This document shows, piece by piece, positions 50,221 through 59,656 of a DNA stretch of 64,000 nucleotides (positions within the stretch are counted from its first letter, which is position 1; every line of letters starts with the position of its first letter). The stretch comes from Nanobdellota archaeon (GTDB lineage: Archaea > Nanobdellota > Nanobdellia > Pacearchaeales > GW2011-AR1). The stretch is taken from NCBI GenBank assembly GCA_038044745.1, contig JBBSZK010000008.1, positions 7,162-71,161 of the forward strand. The letters run 5' to 3'. The notes under the pieces are model-generated. The model did no database searches, had not been told where the DNA came from, and was given only the letters and a program-made list of their open reading frames with translations. A program made the position numbers and the translations under genes.

Positions 50221-50748
50221 TTACGGAAGCTTAAATACCTTTCTAAAAATCATCGAAGCAATTATGGCAAAAATAATATACGCCCATATCCAACCCATAA
50301 ACCCAAATATTTTAACATCCATTTCCGCAAAATAGTCTCCAAACCACCTAATAAGGAGAATAAAGGGTATCGCAGTATAGAGCGCGGGCCGCATTGTGAT
50401 GTCCATCGTCTTGGGAATGAGAGCCATTTGCTTCTTCTGAAGTTCAAGCATTTTTTCAGGGTGCTCTTTAAATTGCTTCATCTGGTCACCAAGCAGTTTT
50501 TGTTCAGCTTTAATTGACCGCAAGGTTTCTTGGTCGGTAGTATATTTTTGTAAAAGAGAGGTAATCAGCGAAATTCCTATGGAAATAAACAACAATCCCC
50601 AACTAACATCCCAATCTAATAAGCGACCCGCGGTAGGGTTGAGTACGAAATGTACGCTTTCTTTAATAAAAGGGAGCGCATTCCAGAAAAAGGCTACGGC
50701 AACGCCTAGGAAAGAAATAATAAACAGAGTACGAAGTCCGCGATTCAT
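50221..50748 (-). CDS. DUF106 / archaeal YidC-Oxa1-EMC3-like insertase
   Basis: 175 aa, 3 TM helices with a coiled-coil loop (KAEQKLLGDQMKQFKEHPEKMLELQKKQM). Conserved synteny after secY. Confidence 0.7.
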   Translation of the reverse strand: MNRGLRTLFIISFLGVAVAFFWNALPFIKESVHFVLNPTAGRLLDWDVSWGLLFISIGISLITSLLQKYTTDQETLRSIKAEQKLLGDQMKQFKEHPEKMLELQKKQMALIPKTMDITMRPALYTAIPFILLIRWFGDYFAEMDVKIFGFMGWIWAYIIFAIIASMIFRKVFKLP

Positions 50749-50750
50749 AG

Positions 50751-52136
50751 TTACTTCATGAAATTGCGCAAGGCCGGATGCATATCTACTGCATGCTGCT
50801 GCGCAATATTCTGATAGAGCTGATAGGTGATAGTAATCGCAAGCAAAATAGATGTTCCAGAGGTTATAACTCCCAAGAGGTTAGCCATGCCGGCTAAAAG
50901 CCCGATGGCCGCACCACCCATAACGGTTAAAGGCATCACGTACCGCACAAGCACGCTCTCTAAAACACGCTCATCCTTTCTAAACCCAGGAATCTGAAGA
51001 CCCGAGCTCATAATGTTGCGGGCCTGACTAGAAGCATCCATGCCCGCGGTCTTTACCCAAAATATAGAAAATATTGCCGAAAGAGCCACGTAAAAGAGAA
51101 CGTGGGTAATTCCTTGCAGTACTTGAGTAAACTGTAGACTGTTTCGTATCGTTGCCGTAACGACATCAGAATATCCAATCCAATAAGCGAGACCGCTAAC
51201 TGCAACTCCACTGGAAAATGAGCCTAAAAAGGTAGGGTGCCCAAGCCAGTTCTCAAAGAGCCCCGCGAATAGTTGAAAGTTCGCAACGAGCGCAGCGACA
51301 AGAATAACGGGCATGTTAGACGCGTAAAAAAATGATAGAGGCCATTTGACCGGATATCCTCGAAGCCTATCAAACGTGAGGGGAATCTCAACTTTCAAAC
51401 TTTGAGCCCACACCACCCCCAAGAAAACAAGGGTAGTCATGGCAATGATGGTAAAGGCTAACAAAGCCTCACGAGGTGCTCCATTAAGAAACGATTGGAA
51501 AATAATCAGGACTTTCCCTCCGCAGGGTGTCGAAGTAAAATCAAGAAGACAGTTTTCTCCAGAGGTTCCTACAAATTGAAACAAGCCCGTGAATAATTGA
51601 AGTGCAACACCTGCCACGATGAACAATGAAACGCCTGAACCAAAGCCCCACTTGCTAGCTACCTCGTCCATAAGCATGATGGCAATACCGCCCAAAATAA
51701 GCTGCGTAATCACAATCCCCGTAAAACCGGGCGCTGCTTGTAATCCCTGCATAAGCACATATACAAACGCCTCAAAGAATATGAAGAACAGGACTCCTAA
51801 CTTTTGCAATCCTTGATAATATTTTTTTCCTTCCTCAGATTTAACGTCTATTCTCAAAATACCTGAACCAACTAACAACTGCAAAATGATAGAGGCCATC
51901 ACTATCGGCCCAATACCGAGGCTGATGATGCTTCCGAAATCTGTACCGAGGATAGTTGCCAAATACTTAAATCGCTCAAGGGAGTTACTGCTTAAGCCGT
52001 GCAATGGAATATTGTAAAGAATAAAGAACGCACCTAAAACGATGAGAGTCCATTTAAGTTTTACATTAAAACTTACTTTTTTTTCCGCGGGCTTGCGAAC
52101 CTCGGGAAGGTAAGAAAGAATAGTGCGTAAAGCCAT
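50751..52136 (-). CDS. secY: preprotein translocase subunit SecY
   Basis: 461 aa, 10 TM helices. Conserved position after uL15. Has its own TATA 21 nt upstream. Confidence 0.9.
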   Translation of the reverse strand: MALRTILSYLPEVRKPAEKKVSFNVKLKWTLIVLGAFFILYNIPLHGLSSNSLERFKYLATILGTDFGSIISLGIGPIVMASIILQLLVGSGILRIDVKSEEGKKYYQGLQKLGVLFFIFFEAFVYVLMQGLQAAPGFTGIVITQLILGGIAIMLMDEVASKWGFGSGVSLFIVAGVALQLFTGLFQFVGTSGENCLLDFTSTPCGGKVLIIFQSFLNGAPREALLAFTIIAMTTLVFLGVVWAQSLKVEIPLTFDRLRGYPVKWPLSFFYASNMPVILVAALVANFQLFAGLFENWLGHPTFLGSFSSGVAVSGLAYWIGYSDVVTATIRNSLQFTQVLQGITHVLFYVALSAIFSIFWVKTAGMDASSQARNIMSSGLQIPGFRKDERVLESVLVRYVMPLTVMGGAAIGLLAGMANLLGVITSGTSILLAITITYQLYQNIAQQHAVDMHPALRNFMK

Positions 52137-52157
52137 ACGAGTGAGAAAACAAAGAGC

Positions 52158-52165
52158 TTTTTAAA
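52158..52165 (-). promoter_or_regulatory. TATA box (TTTAAAAA on minus), 21 nt before the secY ATG 52136
   Basis: Read directly. Confidence 0.55.
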
Positions 52166-52172
52166 ACTTCGT

Positions 52173-52637
52173 TCAGTTAGCCTTTTCCTTTTCCGACGTT
52201 ACCACGAGTGATCCGCCCGCTCGTTCTACTGCCTGTCTCGCGCCCGCAGATGCAGACTTAGCTTTAATGTGCATTTTCAGGTCAAGCGTGCCATTCCCCA
52301 CAATTTTATAGTCTTCAAGATTAACTTCATATGTTCCCTTGACTTCTCGAGCCTTTCCTTTTTCAACAAGCATGCGCAACTGCGTCTTCAGAGTCGCAAG
52401 GCTAAGGGACTTTGTCTTTTTCTTTTCACGAGTCCCCGCACCGCGTGGCTCCTTACCGAAATAATCTCCACCATATAATTTTATAATAAGTGTTTTTTTC
52501 TGGTCGCCACGCTTACCTGTGCCCGACATCCCACGTCCCCCTCGGTTTCCCAGACCTCTCGTTCGATTTTTACGCCCACGCCCATGCGTTTTACTTCCAG
52601 GATATCGCGAAGACTTACGTCGTTTTCGGTAGCTCAT
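52173..52637 (-). CDS. rpl15: 50S ribosomal protein uL15
   Basis: Gly/Arg-rich N-terminus (HGRGRKNRTRGLGNRGGRG). Operon position before secY. Confidence 0.85.
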   Translation of the reverse strand: MSYRKRRKSSRYPGSKTHGRGRKNRTRGLGNRGGRGMSGTGKRGDQKKTLIIKLYGGDYFGKEPRGAGTREKKKTKSLSLATLKTQLRMLVEKGKAREVKGTYEVNLEDYKIVGNGTLDLKMHIKAKSASAGARQAVERAGGSLVVTSEKEKAN

Positions 52638-53050
52638 AGCATGCGTTCCACGAGGCTGTCAATAGCCCCTTTATGATCTCCTAAAACGCCCTTCCTGACT
52701 CCAACGTGTTTACCAGAATCAATTCCCCTTCTCGGAGGATGAAGTCTGAAGAACGGCTTAAGTCCCGATTCGGAAATGCTTTTCGAATTAAGCAATGATG
52801 CAATCTTTTTTGCATCAAAGGGTTTCTTTGTGCGCAAGGCGCCTCGTGCTTCAAGCAATCTTTCAACCATCGCTTCGGAAGGAGTTCCATATGCGACAAA
52901 ATTACGGACGGTGAGGAGAAGCTTTCTATTTTCAGGGGTGTCGAGAAGGATAGTCGCAGTGTATTTACGACGGAGCCTCATTCTAAAAAGGGTTTCAGCA
53001 ACGCTCGAGGGCAGTTGCGTGTCTCCCACAATTCGAATAACCGCTATCAT
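52634..53050 (-). CDS. rpl30: 50S ribosomal protein uL30
   Basis: MIAVIRIVG start and its operon position between uS5 and uL15. Confidence 0.8.
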   Translation of the reverse strand: MIAVIRIVGDTQLPSSVAETLFRMRLRRKYTATILLDTPENRKLLLTVRNFVAYGTPSEAMVERLLEARGALRTKKPFDAKKIASLLNSKSISESGLKPFFRLHPPRRGIDSGKHVGVRKGVLGDHKGAIDSLVERML

Positions 53051-53814
53051 TTGCTCCTCCGCGTTTTAAGGAGCGCTTCAAAACAGGCTTTCACCGCGTT
53101 AAACGTCGTTCGCGTTTGCCCTCTCGTCACACCATAGGCATCTCTAATTCCGGCAAGCCTAAGAATTTTTTTAATCTCATCGCCGACCACTAATCCCGTC
53201 CCTTGCGGTGCAGGCATCAGTTTTATACGCACGCTTCCACATTTCCCTTCGACAATGAAAGGTACGCTGTGAGGTTCGCTACACGAACAGTCAAAGTGCC
53301 CACAACCTCTTTCAATCTTTTGAATGGAAAGTTTTGCATAACGCTGTGCCTTCTCACGTGCAGGAAGTGTTTCTTTTCCTTTCCCCATACCAACGCCCAC
53401 ATGTCCGTTCTTATCGCCCACAACGGCCATCGCAGAAAATGAAACTACATTTCCTTCCATGGTCTTTCTCTGTGTTGTTCTCCACGCACGTCGTTTACCA
53501 CCTCCAAACTTTCCCTTGGCTTGACCAATCTCGATAAGCTCATGCTCAAGCGGAAGTAAACTCTCCACAATTTCAGGTTCTAATATACGTCTTCCTCCTG
53601 AGAGAATTTCGTCAACGTCTTTAAGTGTACCCTGTTTGACGGCTCTACCGACGGCAGTTTTGGGCACCCACGCTGCAAGCCGAGCATCGCGATTATCTGC
53701 ATCGCGTGCCCCACGACCTTTTAGGATAGGGACTACGTCTGCCACTTTCGCAAGTTCTTCAGGCACTGCTTCCACAAGGACCTTAGGATTATTTCGAGTT
53801 TCTTTCTCAGCCAT
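53047..53814 (-). CDS. rps5: 30S ribosomal protein uS5
   Basis: dsRBD plus S5 C-terminal domain (GVGMGKGKE...APQGTGLV). Synteny. Confidence 0.85.
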   Translation of the reverse strand: MAEKETRNNPKVLVEAVPEELAKVADVVPILKGRGARDADNRDARLAAWVPKTAVGRAVKQGTLKDVDEILSGGRRILEPEIVESLLPLEHELIEIGQAKGKFGGGKRRAWRTTQRKTMEGNVVSFSAMAVVGDKNGHVGVGMGKGKETLPAREKAQRYAKLSIQKIERGCGHFDCSCSEPHSVPFIVEGKCGSVRIKLMPAPQGTGLVVGDEIKKILRLAGIRDAYGVTRGQTRTTFNAVKACFEALLKTRRSK

Positions 53815-54304
53815 GAGTAGCTAGTTTCCCCTTGAGTTTTATAAATGCTTCGCGTGTCTTCACGTTGGCAATAAGCCTTGCTTCGTCAGGCAGTGCCGAT
53901 TTATTGTGCGGGACATGCATTCCGCCCGCTATAACTCCTGCAAGAAATGCATAGAGGCGTCCACGAGATGCGCTGCGTTGCATTCCTATGTCCAAAATTG
54001 CTTCCGAAGCATGAGCCTTCGCTTTTTGAGCAAAGAGCAAACCAGTAAGATACGCTGCAGGAATACTCTTTAAACTTCCTTCCAGCGAGGTCGGCCATCC
54101 AAGTGCTACAAGTTCTTCTGAAGAAACACCAACAATAATACGATCCTGCGCTTTCTCGGAGCTAACCAGCTGTGCAACTACGTATCGGTTCGTACGACGA
54201 ACAACAATACGAGGTTTCTCAGAAGAAAGTAATTGAACCCTTGCCTTATAGTCGGTCTTATACTCGTGTCTCCGACGCTTTATCGTTCTTCCTATCTCTT
54301 TCAT
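53807..54304 (-). CDS. rpl18: 50S ribosomal protein uL18
   Basis: RRRHEYKTDYKAR...RRTNRYVVAQL signature. Synteny. Confidence 0.85.
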   Translation of the reverse strand: MKEIGRTIKRRRHEYKTDYKARVQLLSSEKPRIVVRRTNRYVVAQLVSSEKAQDRIIVGVSSEELVALGWPTSLEGSLKSIPAAYLTGLLFAQKAKAHASEAILDIGMQRSASRGRLYAFLAGVIAGGMHVPHNKSALPDEARLIANVKTREAFIKLKGKLATHG

Positions 54305-54708
54305 GGTCGTTGCACCTCTTTCATACGTTCCCGTAACATGGCCTTGGCATTGACGCGTCCAGATCTAATCTCTTTTCGCAATAACTGTGCATGTTCGCCA
54401 GACAGCGTCCCCTGTTCTTTCGCATGAGCAATGGCTCGCCGTGCCCCGCGAATAAACGTGACGTAATCCTTTTTACCTGTATAAACCTTCTTTCTAAAAC
54501 TTCCCGTTCGGCGTCGCTGTTTCGAACGTTCATGTGTCTTGCGCCCGCTTACTTCCTTAACAAACAGTGCGCCATCTTTTGCTAGGTCTCGGATATCCTG
54601 CTTAGTAATCGCTTCCTTAATTTCGGCAAGACGTTCATTATTGAAACGTATCCGCTCAACACCCACATTCAACGCGCGTGCTGCGAGTCGCTTTTTATCG
54701 AGTTTCAT
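54301..54708 (-). CDS. rpl19e: 50S ribosomal protein eL19
   Basis: MKLDKKRLAARALNVGVERIRF start typical of L19e. Synteny. Confidence 0.85.
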   Translation of the reverse strand: MKLDKKRLAARALNVGVERIRFNNERLAEIKEAITKQDIRDLAKDGALFVKEVSGRKTHERSKQRRRTGSFRKKVYTGKKDYVTFIRGARRAIAHAKEQGTLSGEHAQLLRKEIRSGRVNAKAMLRERMKEVQRP

Positions 54709-55060
54709 GCGCTACCTCCCGTGCATTTAAAACGATAAGGTGCATTTCATGTGCCTGCTTCAGAAGAGCAAGTTTCTTTCGGGCTCCTAAACGTCTACTC
54801 ATGATAATGAGTTGTCCTTTCTGTAAGCTTCGCAAGTCACCCGAGGTTACGATGTGAACGGGCCTTTTTCCTTTAATAAGGCCCGAAACGGCAGAAGATT
54901 GCTTATAACCTATACCAGGCTGGACAGGGTATCCAAACCGTTTACGTCGCATTTTATTATGCCTTCCACGAGGTTTGCGCCACTTCTGTAATCTGCGCTT
55001 AGTTTTACCAAGTCGAATGTGTCGCACGGTGTCACTTCTCAAAAAGCGAGGTTTTTTCAT
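54695..55060 (-). CDS. rpl32e: 50S ribosomal protein eL32
   Basis: WRKPRGRHNKMR motif. ATG 55060 shares one nt with the uL6 stop (TAATG). Confidence 0.85.
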   Translation of the reverse strand: MKKPRFLRSDTVRHIRLGKTKRRLQKWRKPRGRHNKMRRKRFGYPVQPGIGYKQSSAVSGLIKGKRPVHIVTSGDLRSLQKGQLIIMSRRLGARKKLALLKQAHEMHLIVLNAREVAHETR

Positions 55061-55602
55061 TAGATGGGCCTCCCGCATTTACTCGTAAGGAATATTCCGT
55101 CTTGGAAGACACGACGATCTCTTTTAAGAATACGTGTTGCCTTCTCGATATTGGCCGCAGTCTGTCCTGCAGCTTCCAAGTTGGGGCTCGAAACGAAAAC
55201 TTTCGATCCTTTGACTTCGACCACCGTCGAAGGAACAATCGTCGCCATGCGCTTTTCTTTTTCTCCCAAAAAATTAGTTACCACAAATTTGTTGCCTTCT
55301 ACTTTAACAGTCATAGGAAAGTGCACGTTACAAATTTCAAGCTCATACACGTAGGGCGTGGACAATCCCTCAAATAGATTCATGATATGGGCACGCGCCG
55401 TTTTGAGGTAGGCTCGCGTGCGTCTGTTCGCGCGCAATGCAGTGAGAACAATAGAACCTTCTCGAACTTCTACGGAACTTCCTGGAATCGAGAACGCGCG
55501 AGAAACAGACACGCTGCCTTTCGAACAAGCAAGTGAACGCCCATGGAGCGCACACGTAACTCCTTGAGGAATTGTAACTACTTCGCTAGCTTTTTGTCTC
55601 AT
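55060..55602 (-). CDS. rpl6: 50S ribosomal protein uL6
   Basis: Two-domain L6 of 180 aa. Synteny between uS8 and eL32. Confidence 0.85.
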   Translation of the reverse strand: MRQKASEVVTIPQGVTCALHGRSLACSKGSVSVSRAFSIPGSSVEVREGSIVLTALRANRRTRAYLKTARAHIMNLFEGLSTPYVYELEICNVHFPMTVKVEGNKFVVTNFLGEKEKRMATIVPSTVVEVKGSKVFVSSPNLEAAGQTAANIEKATRILKRDRRVFQDGIFLTSKCGRPI

Positions 55603-55603
55603 G

Positions 55604-55981
55604 TTAATAGAAATAAGCTACAATGCTTCCTCCAACGCCTTTCTCTAGAGCCGTATGATGGGTCATAAGCCCCTGGCTCGTCGAAATAACAACGAGCCCC
55701 ATATGTCTTGAGGGGAGATATCGACGAACGTACTTCATTATTTCGTCATGTTTAACAAGATATCGCGGTTTAATGGCAAGACACGCATTTAATTTATCAC
55801 CAAGCTCGATATCCAACATCTTTCCGTTGACTCTAAAATCTCGAATATATCCGTGTAATTTTCCTATCGAAAGAACATTCATCAAAAATTTCGAATTATG
55901 CTTAACACTAACTGTTAAGTGACTCGCCCGCTTGGCGTTCATGATTTGATTGAGTGTGTCGGCTATAATATCTTGGCTCAT
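55604..55981 (-). CDS. rps8: 30S ribosomal protein uS8
   Basis: DIIADTLNQIMNA start typical of S8. Synteny. Confidence 0.85.
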   Translation of the reverse strand: MSQDIIADTLNQIMNAKRASHLTVSVKHNSKFLMNVLSIGKLHGYIRDFRVNGKMLDIELGDKLNACLAIKPRYLVKHDEIMKYVRRYLPSRHMGLVVISTSQGLMTHHTALEKGVGGSIVAYFY

Positions 55982-55983
55982 GG

Positions 55984-56214
55984 TTAACTATATTTTTTAA
56001 AGCCGACCTCCTCGGCAATTTCCCTAAAACATTGTCTACAAAGTTGCAAATTATATTGGCTAAGATGTGCTCCGAATCTCCCGCACCGTCGACACTTTTT
56101 AACGGAGAGGCCAAACTTTCTCTCTTGAGGCTTATTGTGTTTTAGAAACTTCTTAAAAACCACGGGCTTCGATCGAAGCATTCTCGCAATTTTATTCCAG
56201 TCACTTGCAGTCAT
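55984..56214 (-). CDS. rps14: 30S ribosomal protein uS14 (zinc type, N-terminally extended)
   Basis: CRRCGR...CRQCFRE zinc knuckle. Synteny. Confidence 0.8.
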   Translation of the reverse strand: MTASDWNKIARMLRSKPVVFKKFLKHNKPQERKFGLSVKKCRRCGRFGAHLSQYNLQLCRQCFREIAEEVGFKKYS

Positions 56215-56215
56215 G

Positions 56216-56719
56216 TTATATAAATCTCGTCTTAAACGTTTCCCCCATTAGTTGTATTATCTCTTCTGCACTAACAGATTGTCGTCTGGGTACATGACCT
56301 TTCTTGGCCTTTTTATGTTTTACTCTCAGTCCTGGACGCTCAAAAACAACAGTCGCATTAAACCCTCTAATCCCTATCTCTCGAATGTATTCCATGTCAG
56401 GTATGTCGATATATTCTTCAATACCAAACGAAAAATGATTTTCTGCAACTGCCTTTGTTGATACCGCGTTTTCAACCGCGCCCAACAATCGCCTAAGAAG
56501 TCGTAGTGCTTCTTCACCTCGCAGCGTCACACGCACGCCCAATTCCAACCCGGGTTTAACGCCCAACTCGGGGATACGCCGTTTAGGTCCCGCCTTAATA
56601 ATTTGTGCTTTATGGCTAGTCAGCATTTCAAGAAGTTTGTGTGCCTTGGTCAAATCAGGCCCCGTCGCACCAGCGCTAAGGACGACTTTAGATATAAACG
56701 GCTTTTTCATCACGTTCAT
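56216..56719 (-). CDS. rpl5: 50S ribosomal protein uL5
   Basis: 167 aa. Position between eS4 and uS14. Confidence 0.85.
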   Translation of the reverse strand: MNVMKKPFISKVVLSAGATGPDLTKAHKLLEMLTSHKAQIIKAGPKRRIPELGVKPGLELGVRVTLRGEEALRLLRRLLGAVENAVSTKAVAENHFSFGIEEYIDIPDMEYIREIGIRGFNATVVFERPGLRVKHKKAKKGHVPRRQSVSAEEIIQLMGETFKTRFI

Positions 56720-57333
56720 ATCACAACCACCTGCGCTTGTTTAAGCGCAACCGCTTTGTCTTTAAGCTTAATAAGGAACCCTTCTTTGGTTACACGGCTG
56801 ATTGTCCCTATCGCCCCCACGTTTCTCCCAGAGTTCACCATAACTCGTGCACCCTCTTTAAGCGGAAGCACGCGAACAAACTTACACATCAAATCGATTT
56901 CAAGCGAGTCGCCCACTTTGATTGACTCTGAACTGAGGATGTTGGTACCATCGTGGAGGTTTATTTGGGTCTCTTTAGTTGATAGTACTTTCTTGTTTAT
57001 AACTTTCACAACACGCGTGGTCTCCTTGGTGGGCTCAAGGGCAAATCGCCCCGTCGACAACAGAATAACCTTATAGCGTTTATCTGCTTCAAATAACGAA
57101 AGAAGTAAGAGTGGTTCTCGCATATCTCGTACAACACGACCGTTTATCTTGAGCTTCTTCTCCTTAATCATCTCCTTAACTTCGCGAGCGGTCTGAGCAA
57201 GGTGAAGAACATCCCGCACAGCACTCAAGGCAGTAATTGCGTGATTCATATGTGAAAGCGGACGCGCTATGTATTGTGTGCCCTTTCGAGGAATGGGTGT
57301 CTCTCTATTCACATCAGCCCTTGTTAGGTGCAT
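56716..57333 (-). CDS. rps4e: 30S ribosomal protein eS4
   Basis: S4e N-terminus, S4 domain and KOW domain. Synteny after uL24. 205 aa, which is short. Confidence 0.8.
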   Translation of the reverse strand: MHLTRADVNRETPIPRKGTQYIARPLSHMNHAITALSAVRDVLHLAQTAREVKEMIKEKKLKINGRVVRDMREPLLLLSLFEADKRYKVILLSTGRFALEPTKETTRVVKVINKKVLSTKETQINLHDGTNILSSESIKVGDSLEIDLMCKFVRVLPLKEGARVMVNSGRNVGAIGTISRVTKEGFLIKLKDKAVALKQAQVVVI

Positions 57334-57730
57334 GGTTGACCTCCTTAGAATGTAATGGTTTATTCTGTCTTATGCGCTTTTTATCTTCCGTGCCTAATGA
57401 AATGATGCGAAGCGCAGGGGTTCGGAAAAAAACAGAGGCTTTACTTCCATCTTTTTTCGATCGGGTTATTCCTTCAAGCACAACACGTGAACGACTCAAA
57501 TCAACCGAGGCGATTTTCCCTTTCTTCTGAGCAAAAGAACCCCTCATAATCAGAACTTCATCGCCTTTACGCACAGTCATGCTTCGCTTACCATATTTTG
57601 TATGCAATTCTTTTGAGAGGCGAGCGTTAAGGAATCTGTTTCTCGCATGCAAGGGCGCATTATGTACATACTTTCTTTGTTTGCGTACCTGCGAGCTACC
57701 TTTCCAATGAACCGAAAATTCCTGTTTCAT
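57314..57730 (-). CDS. rpl24: 50S ribosomal protein uL24
   Basis: KOW motif VRKGDEVLIMRGSFAQKKGKI. ATG 57730 overlaps the uL14 stop (ATGA). Confidence 0.85.
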   Translation of the reverse strand: MKQEFSVHWKGSSQVRKQRKYVHNAPLHARNRFLNARLSKELHTKYGKRSMTVRKGDEVLIMRGSFAQKKGKIASVDLSRSRVVLEGITRSKKDGSKASVFFRTPALRIISLGTEDKKRIRQNKPLHSKEVNHAPNKG

Positions 57731-58128
57731 AGTACAAACTGCGCAATTTTCATAACAATCGGCCATCTATCTGCAGCCTCACGCGCCATGACTCCTTTTA
57801 TCTGAGTTCCCTTGGGGTTCCCTTTATCATCTTTAAGCAATGCAACCGCGTTATCTTCAAACATAACATGCTCTCCCGTCAAACGGCGGTAGGTCCTCTT
57901 CTGTCGAATAACAACCGCATCAAATACTTGTCCAATCATATCCGGTTTTCCTGCGCGCACGGAAACTTTAACGTGGTCGCCCACCTTCGCGTATTGCTGT
58001 CTACCCTTGGTAACTTTCCCTCTCTTGACACCAACAATGCGAACAATGCGCGCGCCACTGTTATCGCTTGCATGTACGTTACTTCCAATATTCAGCCCCC
58101 TGGTTACTCGTGCAGCCATTGCTTTCAT
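57727..58128 (-). CDS. rpl14: 50S ribosomal protein uL14
   Basis: VHASDNSGAR...VVIRQK signature of L14. Confidence 0.9.
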   Translation of the reverse strand: MKAMAARVTRGLNIGSNVHASDNSGARIVRIVGVKRGKVTKGRQQYAKVGDHVKVSVRAGKPDMIGQVFDAVVIRQKRTYRRLTGEHVMFEDNAVALLKDDKGNPKGTQIKGVMAREAADRWPIVMKIAQFVL

Positions 58129-58442
58129 TGGCTCGCCTTCCTAACAACATCAGTCATAACGAAATGGATAATCTTACTCAAAGGCCTACACTCACGAACT
58201 TGAACTTGGTCCCCCACCGCAACTTGTACCTCGGCAGGCAATCGTGCATGAAGACGCGTTTTGGTCTTAGTGTATCGTTCATATTTCGGAACATAGACGG
58301 TGCGTTCAAATTCTACAACTATTCTTGTGGGGAAAACTTTGACCACATGTCCCTGAAACACACGTCCTCGAGTAGCCACTACAGAAGTCGTTTTTTTCTC
58401 TTGGATAGGTGATTGTTTTTGTTTCATGATTTCTCGTTTCAA
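58125..58442 (-). CDS. rps17: 30S ribosomal protein uS17
   Basis: OB-fold protein of 105 aa. Synteny upstream of uL14. Confidence 0.85.
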   Translation of the reverse strand: MKREIMKQKQSPIQEKKTTSVVATRGRVFQGHVVKVFPTRIVVEFERTVYVPKYERYTKTKTRLHARLPAEVQVAVGDQVQVRECRPLSKIIHFVMTDVVRKASQ

Positions 58443-58446
58443 AAGG

Positions 58447-58746
58447 TCAGTCGCTAATCGAATCAGGTGAAAAACCTAACTTAACCAGTGTTTGTCTGAC
58501 TTGTTTTTGATGGTTCCCTTGAAGTTCGATAACGCCATCCTTTACCGTACCGCCGCATGCCAATGACTCCTTCAGGGATCTGGCTGTTTGCTTGAGGTCG
58601 ATCGTTTTATCGAACCCAGAGACAAGCGTAATAATTTTTCCATATCTGCGGGACACCGTTGAGACGGTTATTTTCTGCTCGCTTTTAGCGAGATCTTCCC
58701 ATGTGATAGCTTCCACAGGCAGTCCTGTTCTTGGGTCTATCTCCAT
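58447..58746 (-). CDS. translation initiation factor aSUI1 (eIF1)
   Basis: 99 aa. RRYGKIITLVSGF...LKESLACGGTVKDGVIELQGNH is the SUI1 signature. Confidence 0.85.
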   Translation of the reverse strand: MEIDPRTGLPVEAITWEDLAKSEQKITVSTVSRRYGKIITLVSGFDKTIDLKQTARSLKESLACGGTVKDGVIELQGNHQKQVRQTLVKLGFSPDSISD

Positions 58747-58748
58747 GT

Positions 58749-58955
58749 CTAGTGTGCAGTCACCGACGGGCTTTTTCGGCTCTCATTGATGACGGTAAGT
58801 AGGCGTGCGATAGCCTTTTTAATCTCTTTGGTTCGCACTTTTGAACTTTTTCCGGCGACGCGCGAGCGAATAAGTTCAACCCGAAGCTCGTTAAGCTTCG
58901 CAGTTCTCTGACTCTTGTCCATTTTAGATATCTCTTGAACAGTTAATCCTTTCAT
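58749..58955 (-). CDS. rpl29: 50S ribosomal protein uL29
   Basis: 68-aa helical protein (LNELRVELIRSR). Synteny after uS3. Confidence 0.85.
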   Translation of the reverse strand: MKGLTVQEISKMDKSQRTAKLNELRVELIRSRVAGKSSKVRTKEIKKAIARLLTVINESRKSPSVTAH

Positions 58956-59656
58956 GCTTTTTCACCTCGTTTTTTCGTAATGCGTTTTTTCTTTTTAGGG
59001 CTGTCTTCTATCAGAACTTCCTGTTCGCGCGCTTCCATCTGAGCCGTAAGCGTCTGAATAAGTGCAGAGTCAACTACAATCTTATCATGGATGTGTGCAG
59101 TTGGAGGAAGGATGCTTACCTTGATACCAATAACTCCTGCCATCGTCTTTGCCTGAGCCATAGCGCGTCGTACTACCTTTGCAGGGTCTCCTGTCTTCTT
59201 AAGATATCCTTGAGCGAACCGCCAGCTTTTAGCTCGGTCACTTGGAAGCTTCCCCGAGAGAACAATTTCTGCACCGAGAGCGCCCGCAGACATAATGCTC
59301 TCAAGCATACGATAAGCAATAAGCTTGAACTTCAATGAACCTTTGCGTTCAAGACCGAGTGCAATTTCATCAGCAACTAATTGCGCATCAAACAGGGGTT
59401 CAGTTATTTCTCGTATCTCGATATGAGGGTTATCAAGTTTAAATCGTTTTTTCAAGACGCTTGTCAGTTCATTTATTTTGTCTCCACGCGTACCAATGAC
59501 CAATCCAGGTTTGTTAGTGGCAACTATAATCTTTTCACCAACGGGTGTATACTCAATAGAAACTTCACTAATGCGCCCCTTTCCTAACGAGTTCTTGATA
59601 TACTCTCGTACCTCTAACTCTTCTTCCTTAAGTTGTACGAATTTCTTTTCATCCAT
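58952..59656 (-). CDS. rps3: 30S ribosomal protein uS3
   Basis: KH domain (ATNKPGLVIGTRGDKI) plus the S3 C-terminal domain. Confidence 0.9.
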   Translation of the reverse strand: MDEKKFVQLKEEELEVREYIKNSLGKGRISEVSIEYTPVGEKIIVATNKPGLVIGTRGDKINELTSVLKKRFKLDNPHIEIREITEPLFDAQLVADEIALGLERKGSLKFKLIAYRMLESIMSAGALGAEIVLSGKLPSDRAKSWRFAQGYLKKTGDPAKVVRRAMAQAKTMAGVIGIKVSILPPTAHIHDKIVVDSALIQTLTAQMEAREQEVLIEDSPKKKKRITKKRGEKA

